Source: Gaiellaceae bacterium
GTDB lineage: Bacteria; Actinomycetota; Thermoleophilia; Gaiellales; Gaiellaceae
Assembly (NCBI GenBank): GCA_035698665.1
Contig: DASSBN010000013.1
Span: 15,290-79,289, forward strand
Length of the DNA stretch: 64,000 nt
Direction: 5' to 3'
Position 1 is the first letter of the stretch. Every line of letters begins with the position of its first letter. A model generated the notes under the pieces. It saw only the letters and a program-made list of their open reading frames with translations. It did not search any database and was not told the DNA's origin. The position numbers and the translations under genes were made by a program. Of the stretch, positions 37,930 to 45,671 are shown piece by piece.

Positions 37930-38844
37930 ATGAGCGCTCCCGGCGACAATCGCCTCGCGCTCGCTGCCGCCCGCCGGTTGACGCTCGATGCAACGGCGGC
38001 GCGGGTCGTGCGGGCGATGAAGGAAGCCGACGTCCGCGTGATCTTGTTGAAGGGCCCGACGCTCTCGGAGCTCTACGACGGCGCCCGCCAGTACAGCGAC
38101 GTCGATCTGCTCGTCGCGCCGGAGAGCATGCGGACGGCCGAAGAGGCCCTCGCCGGCCTCGGTTTCGTTCTGCGCGACGACGATCCGCACAGCCGCATCT
38201 GGTGGCGCGAAGGGGTGGACGTCGATCTGCACTCGGCGCTCGTCGGCGTGCAGGTGAGCCCTCCGCGCCTTTGGGAGGTCCTGGGTGCGGAAACCGAGGT
38301 TCACGTCGTCGGCGACGAGCAAGTCGAGGTCCTGAAAGGGCCTGCGCGCGCACTGCACGTCGTGCTGCACGCCGCACAGCACGGGCTGCAGGAGGCGAAG
38401 CCACGCGAGGACCTCCGCAGGGCGCTCGAGCGGATTCCGGAGGACACGTGGGCCGACGCGACTCGGCTCGCGGCGGCACTGGACGCTCAGGCGGCTTTTT
38501 GGACAGGGCTCAGCATGGAGCCGGCCGGCCGGGAGCTGTCGTCCAAGCTGGAGCTCGAAAAAGGCCCCTCTCGGACCGAGACGGAGCTGCGTGCCTCGAC
38601 CGCGCCCCCGACGGCGGTCGGCCTCCTTCGGCTTGCCGAGACACCAGGTCTCGGAGCGAAGCTACGACTGATCTGGCGGGAGGCTTTTCCGTCCTCTGCG
38701 TACCTGCGCACGTGGTCGCGGCTCGCGAGACGCGGCCGGACCGGGCTGGCGCTCGCTCACGTCTGGAGGCCGATCTGGATCCTCATCCGCCTCGGTCCCG
38801 CGCTCGCCGCGATCATGCGGGCGCGGCGGGCGGCCCGGAGGTAA
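37930..38844 (+). CDS. uncharacterised nucleotidyltransferase family protein (PF14907-like)
   Basis: The N-terminal pattern RVILLKGPTLSELYDGARQYSDVDLLV..A...L...GF is typical of this family, which recurs in RiPP and lasso clusters. Confidence 0.7.
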   Translation: MSAPGDNRLALAAARRLTLDATAARVVRAMKEADVRVILLKGPTLSELYDGARQYSDVDLLVAPESMRTAEEALAGLGFVLRDDDPHSRIWWREGVDVDLHSALVGVQVSPPRLWEVLGAETEVHVVGDEQVEVLKGPARALHVVLHAAQHGLQEAKPREDLRRALERIPEDTWADATRLAAALDAQAAFWTGLSMEPAGRELSSKLELEKGPSRTETELRASTAPPTAVGLLRLAETPGLGAKLRLIWREAFPSSAYLRTWSRLARRGRTGLALAHVWRPIWILIRLGPALAAIMRARRAARR

Positions 38845-39307
38845 CTGGGTCGGGAAGGGGGCATCGTTGCCCGTCGAGGTCGAAGGCGATGATCGGAACG
38901 AGGTTCTCGAGTGTCGCCTCCGTGTCGTGCGCGGCCTCGCCGCGGAGCGTCAGCCACGCATGGCCAGGCGGCCCGTCGTCTCCCTTGCGCACGCCGAGGA
39001 CGAGACGTGAATCTTCGTTTCCGGCGGGGAGGTAGCGGTAGGTGATCAGGCTACGCTCGAGGCAGTTGTCCCGGAGAGCGCCCGTCTTGTAGGCCCACCG
39101 CGCCAGCGTGACGACGACCGCCGATCTCCGTTGGTCCGGAGCGTGCCTGTGCCTCGGAGCCATCAAGCCGACGAGCTGGGGGAGGGGCATGATCCGCTTG
39201 AGCAGGGGCAGGGCGGCCGCCCAGAGGAACATGCGAAGGGCGAGCCAGAGCTCACCCGGCCCCGACACGACTGTACGGATCCGCGAAGTGCGGGAGGGCT
39301 CGCTCAT
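38813..39307 (-). CDS. lasso peptide biosynthesis B2 protein (transglutaminase-like Cys protease)
   Basis: NCLERSLITYRYL...LVLGVRKG...GHAWLTLRGE carries the Cys/His catalytic pattern of PF13471. ATGA overlap with the upstream kinase gene. Confidence 0.85.
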   Translation of the reverse strand: MSEPSRTSRIRTVVSGPGELWLALRMFLWAAALPLLKRIMPLPQLVGLMAPRHRHAPDQRRSAVVVTLARWAYKTGALRDNCLERSLITYRYLPAGNEDSRLVLGVRKGDDGPPGHAWLTLRGEAAHDTEATLENLVPIIAFDLDGQRCPLPDPVTSGPPAAPA

Positions 39308-40155
39308 GCCGCCTCGGGGATGAGAACCCGTTCGATCTCGCCCAGCAGCCGCGGAAGCTCCTCGAGCGTGGCCGTGAAGCGAACCTCGTAGACGGGAACG
39401 CGCCCCGCGAGCTCGAGGTACGCCGCGACCGTGCTGCGCCTGAGCTCATCCTCGAGGAGCGTGAAGCAGTACGCATGGGGAAGGAGCATCCGAATCACGT
39501 CGTCGGCGGCGAGGCGCCGTAGCTCGACACCCCTCCCTTCCTCTTGCCGGCTGAGAATGCAGAGGGCTGCCAGCGGCATGCCCTTCCCTCCGACCGTGAT
39601 TCGCCCGTCCTCGTCGAGGACCGGCGCCGGTGGCACCGGGACGTCGAAATACGCTGCGGATGCCGGCCGGAGGCGCACCGAGAACGGCAGCTCGTGCACC
39701 CGGATGCCGGAGCTCGAAGTCTCGAACGCGAGCGCGTCGTCGGCGCAGACGCGGTAACCCCTCCCCGCAAGCCCGAAGGCGATCGTCGACTTGCCGGTCT
39801 GCGAGTCCGCGCAAAACCCGATGACGCCGCCGGGGGACTCGATCGCACTCGCGTGCAGCACCTGGCGTCCGAGCAGTTGCAGCGTCATCGGCGCGATCGT
39901 GCGGCGGTACGTGTCGATCACCAGGTCGTCCGAGGCGCCTTCGTTCGGTACCGCGAGGATCTCCCCATCTGTTCCGGAGCGAAAGGCACCGACGACGGGA
40001 AGGTACGCCCAGTATTCGTTTCCGGCGCGGTAGAAGTACGCGGAGGGGATGCCCGCGTAGTCCACCCAGACCAGGGTCGAAGGGTCGCTTTCGTCCGGCA
40101 AAGGCGCATCGATCGTGCCGCGCTCCGCGATCGCAAGCGTGAGTGTGGTGGTCAT
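39304..40155 (-). CDS. HPr kinase/phosphorylase-like protein (lasso-peptide kinase type)
   Basis: LHASAIESPGGVIGFCADSQTGKSTIAFGLAGRGYRVCADDALAF matches the P-loop core of the HprK C-terminal domain. Confidence 0.8.
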   Translation of the reverse strand: MTTTLTLAIAERGTIDAPLPDESDPSTLVWVDYAGIPSAYFYRAGNEYWAYLPVVGAFRSGTDGEILAVPNEGASDDLVIDTYRRTIAPMTLQLLGRQVLHASAIESPGGVIGFCADSQTGKSTIAFGLAGRGYRVCADDALAFETSSSGIRVHELPFSVRLRPASAAYFDVPVPPAPVLDEDGRITVGGKGMPLAALCILSRQEEGRGVELRRLAADDVIRMLLPHAYCFTLLEDELRRSTVAAYLELAGRVPVYEVRFTATLEELPRLLGEIERVLIPEAA

Positions 40156-40174
40156 TCCGTCACAGGGTACGCAG

Positions 40175-40215
40175 CCGCCCGGCCCGTCTCCCGTCGAGGA
40201 GACGAAACCGGGCGG
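40175..40215 (-). promoter_or_regulatory. interrupted 15-bp stem-loop between the precursor gene and the tailoring genes
   Basis: The outer stem pairs CCGCCCGG (40175-82) with CCGGGCGG (40208-15). The inner stem pairs CGTCTCC (40185-91) with GGAGACG (40198-204), with a 6-nt loop. No U-tract follows. Confidence 0.5.
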
Positions 40216-40234
40216 TGACTAAGCGATTGACGTG

Positions 40235-40405
40235 CTATTCCTGGCCGTGAGGCTTCAGGTTCGGCTCGCCCGGATCTGCTGGGCTCGGAACGGACTTGCC
40301 GTTTGCCGGACCCCCGGCGCTGCCCCCCTGCATCACGCTGGCAACGTCTCCGAGGGAGCGAAGCTCCATCGGCTCCCACGTCGACAGACTTCTCTCGAAC
40401 GTCAT
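40235..40405 (-). CDS. candidate lasso peptide precursor (56 aa)
   Basis: Not in the ORF track. A GGAGGAGG ribosome-binding site lies 8 nt upstream of the ATG at 40405, which is 21 nt after the cyclase stop. Peptide: MTFERSLSTWEPMELRSLGDVASVMQGGSAGGPANGKSVPSPADPGEPNLKPHGQE. It carries a leader-like PxxLxxxG motif. Confidence 0.6.
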   Translation of the reverse strand: MTFERSLSTWEPMELRSLGDVASVMQGGSAGGPANGKSVPSPADPGEPNLKPHGQE

Positions 40406-40426
40406 CGCTTTGTCACCTCCTCCGAT

Positions 40427-42304
40427 CTAGCTCCACTGACGAGCCCATGCTTCGAGATTGAGCACGCTCCACAACTTGTGAGCGAGCATTGAAAACTCGA
40501 GAACGCTGGAACCGTCACCTCTTTCTCTCCCTTGCAACCGGTTAAGTGAAGACCGGAACGCTGATTGTAGGGCGTGTCCGTCAACAATTCCACTCGACGA
40601 AAGTGTGGGCGCCCCCTGGTACTCCTCCCAGGCGCGCGGAATCTGGGCGGTGAGCGTCGAGGTCGAGAAATCGGTGATGAGAACCTTCTTCTGGTCCTCG
40701 AATCCCGCCTCGGGGAAGCGCCTCGCGAGCGTGCCGCGGAGAATTCCCTTCGCACGGTGTCCTTCGTGCAGCAGCCGCGGCGGAGTGCGGAGGAGAAAAT
40801 CGACGACGCCCGGGTCCCAAAACGGCATGAAAGGCTCGAAACCGAGCCGTCTCCCTCGTTCGAAGGCCTCTTCGCGCTCCATTGCCACGACGACGTTCTC
40901 GAAATACGGCACGACGCCGCTGAGGTAGGAGCCCTGGCTGTGGCGCCCCTGTGTCCAGCGGATGGCGCGCTCCTCCACCTGACGCGCAAGCTCTTGGTCG
41001 GGAGCGAGCCACTCGTCCATGCGCTCGTGCAGCCGCTGCCGGCGATGGTCATCGAGCCTCCCCGGCGCGAGGCGGCCGACGACGCCTCGCCCCGCGTCCT
41101 TGAGCACGACCTTCGTCCCGTATCTCCAGAGGAGGTTCCGGAGCATCGGCCACTTCCGCACGGTGTACGAGTTGCGGTACGTGAGCCAGAAGTGGTGGAG
41201 CTCACGGAGGTGGAAGCCGCGCATGCAGTCGGCGGCCCACATGGGGGCCACCGAGAGCCATTCGTCCCCGCCCGCGCCGGTGAGCACCGTCTTCGCTCCC
41301 TGGGCGCGCCCTTTCCGAGCGAGGTGGGTGTAGAGCGGGTGCCAGATGTTCACGAGGGGCATCGGCCAGGTGCCCGTCGTCCGGAGAGCCTCGAGCACGA
41401 GCCCGTTCGAACCCTCGGCCTCGGCGAACGAGACGACCGTCTGGGGCATTCCGAGCTGACTCGCCACGCGCCTCTGAATGGGCTCTTCGTTGAAGTTCGG
41501 GTCGGGGAAGACGAGGGAGAGCGCGATCGGTGCTTCCAATCCCTTCGCCTCGGCGCCGTCGGCCGCGTACATGGCCACGGCCACGGAGTCGATTCCGCCG
41601 CTCAGGAAGATCGACGGCCTGCCGACCACAAGGGCCCGGTCGAGCGCCTGTTCCAAGAGCGTCGAAAGGTGCGGCAGATCGGCCTCCGTGGTCCACTGCA
41701 CTTCTTCCTCGCTCGGCGCGGGATCCCAGTACCGAGACGTCGTGATCCCGGTGTCGTTCGCTGTGAGCGCCGTTCCGGCCGGGATCCGGCGAATCGTTTC
41801 GAAATACGTCTCCGACGGGTCGAGGTGATAGTTGACGAGCGACTCGGCCAGCGCGGGGCGGTTGAGCGTTCCCGGTACCTGGTCTGCACGAGCGAGAGCG
41901 ACGATGGAGTCCGAGAAGTACCAGGCGCCGTCGAGCCCCTTCGCGTAGAAAAGCGGGTGCTGGCCGAGAGCATCCCGAGCGGCGAGCACGGTGTCGGAGC
42001 GGGCATCCCAGAGGGCCAGTGCGAAGACGCCGTCGATCCGCTTCAAGACCTCCGGGCCGATCTCGAGGTAGGCACGGAGGACGAGCTCCGCTGGCCCGCT
42101 TCCGGGGTCGACGCCTGCAACGCGCGCGAGCTCGTCCGGGTTGAAGAGGTGGCCGTCGAAGACCGCGAGGCCCAAGTCGCTTCGCGCGATGGCGGCGCCC
42201 GCCGGCCCCGGCGTGACCCTGGGCTCTCCCTCCCTTGGCCGGTAGCGCAGGGAAAACGACGAGGTGTCGGGCGCCGACTCGGGCGCCTCGAGCGCGACTG
42301 CCAC
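40427..42304 (-). CDS. lasso peptide cyclase (asparagine synthetase-like, C protein)
   Basis: GVFALALWDARSDTVLAARDALGQHPLFY followed by the PP-loop FLSGGIDSVAVA. The GTG start at 42304 was chosen, 2 nt after the B1 stop. The track start at 42457 lies inside the B1 gene. Confidence 0.9.
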   Translation of the reverse strand: MAVALEAPESAPDTSSFSLRYRPREGEPRVTPGPAGAAIARSDLGLAVFDGHLFNPDELARVAGVDPGSGPAELVLRAYLEIGPEVLKRIDGVFALALWDARSDTVLAARDALGQHPLFYAKGLDGAWYFSDSIVALARADQVPGTLNRPALAESLVNYHLDPSETYFETIRRIPAGTALTANDTGITTSRYWDPAPSEEEVQWTTEADLPHLSTLLEQALDRALVVGRPSIFLSGGIDSVAVAMYAADGAEAKGLEAPIALSLVFPDPNFNEEPIQRRVASQLGMPQTVVSFAEAEGSNGLVLEALRTTGTWPMPLVNIWHPLYTHLARKGRAQGAKTVLTGAGGDEWLSVAPMWAADCMRGFHLRELHHFWLTYRNSYTVRKWPMLRNLLWRYGTKVVLKDAGRGVVGRLAPGRLDDHRRQRLHERMDEWLAPDQELARQVEERAIRWTQGRHSQGSYLSGVVPYFENVVVAMEREEAFERGRRLGFEPFMPFWDPGVVDFLLRTPPRLLHEGHRAKGILRGTLARRFPEAGFEDQKKVLITDFSTSTLTAQIPRAWEEYQGAPTLSSSGIVDGHALQSAFRSSLNRLQGRERGDGSSVLEFSMLAHKLWSVLNLEAWARQWS

Positions 42305-42306
42305 CC

Positions 42307-42657
42307 TCAGCTGCCTGCCAGGAGGAGCTTCTTCTCGACGAGTTCCGCGATCAGGGTGTCGATCTCCTCGCGAAGCTGGTCGGGCGGCACGTCGAATTCT
42401 TGGAGGAGGGCAGCCTGAACCTCGTCGCGGTTCGAGCCGGAGGCGAGCATGTCCCACGCGCGCGTCGCAGTCGGATTCAGCGCGTAGATTTCGTTCGTCT
42501 GAAGATGGACGAGGACGGTCTCGCCCTCGACGAGCTGAGTCACCACGTCTGGATCAGGGCGCCAATTGCCCTTGGGATCGGACACCTCGAAGCCGCCTTG
42601 ATCGTCGGTCACGTTTCGGAGAAGGAAATGCTGATCGGTCTCACCCGTTCGAACCAC
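42307..42657 (-). CDS. PqqD-family RiPP recognition element protein (lasso B1)
   Basis: LVEGETVLVHLQTNEIYALNPTATRAWDML..EVQAALLQEFDV..LREEIDTLIAELVEKKLL. GTG start. An N-terminal extension of about 35 aa may not be translated. Confidence 0.8.
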   Translation of the reverse strand: MVRTGETDQHFLLRNVTDDQGGFEVSDPKGNWRPDPDVVTQLVEGETVLVHLQTNEIYALNPTATRAWDMLASGSNRDEVQAALLQEFDVPPDQLREEIDTLIAELVEKKLLLAGS

Positions 42658-42739
42658 TCACACTGATTCTTCGTGTCTCAGTCGTGGTTCGCCCGCAGGC
42701 GAAGAACTCCTAGGATCATGCGACCGAGGGGGTGGGTTG

Positions 42740-43483
42740 TCAATCGCCGGGCTCGCCGGAGATGTCGACCACGAGCCCGTCCTTCGCGATCTGCACGCCG
42801 TCCGGCACCGGCAGCTCGACGGGCCTGTGCGTGAGGAGGATCGGTCCGTCCGCCGCGGCGAGGGCCTCGTCGGCCGAGAGGTGGCCGCGCGGCTGGCCGT
42901 CCTTGTCCGGTTGCGCCAATGTCGCCTCGCAGACGAAGAGGTCCGCCCCGCGTGCGAGTTCGGAGAGCTGCTCGGTCGGCGCGGAGTCGCCCGAGTAGGC
43001 GAGCACACTGTTGCCCTCGCGCACGCGGAAGCCGTAGGCCTCCATTGTGTAATGCGGGAGCCTGTGCGCCTCGACCTCGAAGCCGGCTGCCTCGAAGGGA
43101 GTCTCCGGCTCGAACTCGTGGAGGTCGAACGCCGAGTCGAACATCCCCGGGTTTCCGAAGTTCGCCGCGAAGGCATCCAGCTGGCCGCGCCCGCCGGGCG
43201 GAAGCCAGACGGTGCAGGGGATGTGCTCGTTGGGCGGGCCGTACGCGTTCAGCCAGGCCCACGGAACCAGGTCGCCCCAGTGGTCGAGGTGAAAGTGCGT
43301 GATCGCCGCGGCGCCGACGCTCGCCCCGCCGTTCGCGCGCAGGCGCGCGAGCACCCCCGGGCCGCAGTCGAGGAGAAGGCTCCTGCGCGGCTCGGCACTC
43401 GTCTCGACGAGGTAGCCGGACTGGGCGCTGCCGGGGTTCGGCCAGGCCGGGGATGACCCGATGACGGTGAGGCGCACGTTCAT
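42740..43483 (-). CDS. MBL-fold metallo-hydrolase
   Basis: MNVRLTVIGSS.., THFHLDHWGD (HxHxDH motif). The ATG at 43483 was chosen over the track start at 43612. Confidence 0.85.
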   Translation of the reverse strand: MNVRLTVIGSSPAWPNPGSAQSGYLVETSAEPRRSLLLDCGPGVLARLRANGGASVGAAAITHFHLDHWGDLVPWAWLNAYGPPNEHIPCTVWLPPGGRGQLDAFAANFGNPGMFDSAFDLHEFEPETPFEAAGFEVEAHRLPHYTMEAYGFRVREGNSVLAYSGDSAPTEQLSELARGADLFVCEATLAQPDKDGQPRGHLSADEALAAADGPILLTHRPVELPVPDGVQIAKDGLVVDISGEPGD

Positions 43484-43499
43484 ATACTGACCGACCGGT

Positions 43500-43907
43500 A
43501 TGAATCGCGAGCGCAAGATCAGGGTCGTCATTGCAAAACCCGGGTTGGATGGCCACGACCGCGGCGCGAAGATCATCGCGCGCGCGCTCCGCGACGCGGG
43601 CATGGAGGTCATCTACACGGGTCTTCACCAGACCCCGGAGCAGATCGTCGAGACCGCCATCCAGGAGGACGCGGACGCCGTCGGCATCTCGATCCTGTCG
43701 GGGGCCCACATGACGCTCGTCCCGAAGATCCTCGAAGGGTTGAAGGAGAACGGTGTCGACGACGTCGTGGTGGTCGTCGGCGGCACGATCCCGAAGCCGG
43801 ACGTCGAGGAGCTGAAGCGGCAAGGCGTTGCGGAGGTCTTCACCCCCGGAGCGCCCATGTCCGAGATCGTCGACTTCCTCCGCGAGCGAGTTCCGGTCAC
43901 GCGGTGA
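43500..43907 (+). CDS. methylmalonyl-CoA mutase family, cobalamin-binding subunit
   Basis: [18 protein letters not shown] (DxHxxG B12-binding motif), GISILSGAH and VVGGTIP. Confidence 0.95.
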   Translation: MNRERKIRVVIAKPGLDGHDRGAKIIARALRDAGMEVIYTGLHQTPEQIVETAIQEDADAVGISILSGAHMTLVPKILEGLKENGVDDVVVVVGGTIPKPDVEELKRQGVAEVFTPGAPMSEIVDFLRERVPVTR

Positions 43908-44677
43908 GCGTCGACGTCGCACGTGACGGCGGCGTCGCAGTCGTGACCGTCAACCGGCCCGACGCGATGAACGCGCTCGACGTCGAGCATGCCGAAGCGC
44001 TGCGCGACCATCTCGAGGATCTCGCCGCCGATCCCGAGGCGCGCGTCGTCCTGCTGACCGGCGCGGGCGAGAAGGCCTTCGTCGCCGGGGCGGACATCAA
44101 GTACATGCAATCGCTCGGCGTTCTCGAGGCGCGGCGCTGGGGCGAGCTCGGCCAGGCGTGCGCGAACCTCCTCGAGACGATTCCGAAGCCCACCATCGCG
44201 GCGATCAACGGCTTCGCGCTCGGCGGTGGCTGCGAGCTCGCGCTCGCGTGCGACATCCGCCTCGCGTCGAACCAGGCGAAGCTCGGCCAGCCCGAGGTGA
44301 ACCTCGGGATCATCCCCGGCTGGGGCGGAAGCCAGCGCCTGCCGCGCATCGTCGGGCTCGGCTTCGCGAAGGAGATCGTCTTCTCCGGGCGGGCGGTCAG
44401 CGCGCAGGAGGCGCACGACTGGGGCCTCGTCAATCAGATCTACGAGCCCGCCGAGCTCATGCCCGCCGCGATGAAGCTCGCTCACGAGCTCGCGAGGAAG
44501 AGCCCGCTGGCCCTCGCGTACGCCAAGGAGGCGACGAACCTCTACCTCACGGGTGAGGCCAGCGCGCACATGGAGACGGAGCTTCGCCTCTTCGCCATGC
44601 TGTTCTCCTCGGAGGACCAGAAGGAGGGCATGGCCGCCTTCGCCGAGAAGCGCGAGCCCGAGTTCCAGGGCCGCTGA
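43904..44677 (+). CDS. enoyl-CoA hydratase/isomerase (crotonase) family protein
   Basis: [45 protein letters not shown] overlap with the upstream gene. Confidence 0.9.
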   Translation: MSVDVARDGGVAVVTVNRPDAMNALDVEHAEALRDHLEDLAADPEARVVLLTGAGEKAFVAGADIKYMQSLGVLEARRWGELGQACANLLETIPKPTIAAINGFALGGGCELALACDIRLASNQAKLGQPEVNLGIIPGWGGSQRLPRIVGLGFAKEIVFSGRAVSAQEAHDWGLVNQIYEPAELMPAAMKLAHELARKSPLALAYAKEATNLYLTGEASAHMETELRLFAMLFSSEDQKEGMAAFAEKREPEFQGR

Positions 44678-44712
44678 CGTCCGAAAAGCCGCTGCTAGCC
44701 TGGGACGAGCCC

Positions 44713-45474
44713 ATGCAAGACGCACTCACGATCGCCGGCCGCGAGTTCGGCTCGCGCCTTCTCCTCGGCACCGGGAAGTACGACACCTTCGAGACGATGC
44801 GCGACGCCGTCGTGGCGTCGGGCTCCGAGATCGTCACCGTGGCGGTCCGGCGAATCGACTTCGACGCGCCCGGCGAGGACATCACGTCCTTCCTGCCGGG
44901 GGAGGTTCTGCTGCTCCCGAACACGTCGGGCTGCGAGACCGCGGATGAGGCGGTGCGCTCGGCCAAGCTCGCCCGTGCCGGCGGCCTGCCCGACTGGGTG
45001 AAGCTCGAGGTGATCCCCGATCCGCGCTACCTGTTGCCCGATCCGGTCGAGACCCTGCGCGCGGCCGCCGTGCTCGTCGAGGACGGCTTCACCGTGCTGC
45101 CGTACGTGCTCCCTGACCCGGTGCTCGCCAAGAAGCTCGAAGAGATTGGCTGCGCGACGGTCATGCCGCTCGCCGCGCCGATCGGAAGCGGACGCGGCCT
45201 GAAGCTCCGGGACTCGATCCGGATCATCATCGAGCAGGCCGAGGTGCCGGTGGTCGTGGACGCCGGCCTCGGAGCGCCGTCGCACGCGGCCGAGTCGATG
45301 GAGATGGGTGCCGATGCCGTGCTCGTCAACACGGCGATCGCGCGGGCGGACGACCCGGTCGCGATGGCGGACGCCTTCCGCCTCGCCGTCGAGGCTGGCC
45401 GCAAGGCGCACCTCGCGGGTGTCATGGGGGAGCAGGAACCGACGCCGTCGAGCCCGGTCGGAGGGACGGTTTGA
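44713..45474 (+). CDS. thiG: thiazole synthase
   Basis: [41 protein letters not shown]. Confidence 0.95.
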   Translation: MQDALTIAGREFGSRLLLGTGKYDTFETMRDAVVASGSEIVTVAVRRIDFDAPGEDITSFLPGEVLLLPNTSGCETADEAVRSAKLARAGGLPDWVKLEVIPDPRYLLPDPVETLRAAAVLVEDGFTVLPYVLPDPVLAKKLEEIGCATVMPLAAPIGSGRGLKLRDSIRIIIEQAEVPVVVDAGLGAPSHAAESMEMGADAVLVNTAIARADDPVAMADAFRLAVEAGRKAHLAGVMGEQEPTPSSPVGGTV

Positions 45475-45671
45475 CCGTCGAGGTCAACGGCAGGCCGCAG
45501 GAGCTCGCTCCGGGCGAGACCGTCGCCACGCTCCTCGCCAGCCTCGGGCTCGAGGCCAGTTATGCGCTCGTGGAGCGCAACGGCGAGCCGGTCGAGCGCT
45601 CCCGCTACGCGGAGGTCGAGCTCGAGGATGCGGACACGCTGGTCGTCGCCCGCCCCGTTGCTGGCGGATAA
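45471..45671 (+). CDS. thiS: sulfur carrier protein ThiS
   Basis: 66 aa ending in GG (..VARPVAGG). Overlaps the thiG stop. Confidence 0.85.
   Translation: MTVEVNGRPQELAPGETVATLLASLGLEASYALVERNGEPVERSRYAEVELEDADTLVVARPVAGG

Noticed and set aside
40152-40379. 75-aa minus-strand track ORF as the lasso precursor
   Set aside because: It is Arg-rich, has no ribosome-binding site, and overlaps the kinase start. The alternative frame gives a 56-aa ORF with a strong GGAGGAGG ribosome-binding site and a leader-like motif.
42722-42738. GACCGAGGGGGTGGGTTG as a right-hand direct repeat matching GAGCAGGGGGGTGGATGA at 36409-36426 (possible island boundaries)
   Set aside because: Only about 10 of 14 core positions match, and G-runs are common in this DNA. 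The similarity is too weak to call without genome-wide statistics.
42678-43922. 414-aa minus-strand ORF spanning the MBL gene and the B12-subunit gene
   Set aside because: It is out of frame with the MBL gene and antisense to the B12-binding gene, and its composition is Arg-rich.
44678-44712. TPP riboswitch upstream of thiG
   Set aside because: Only 35 nt separate the crotonase stop from the thiG start. That is too short for a THI element, and no CUGAGA/ACCUGA boxes were seen.
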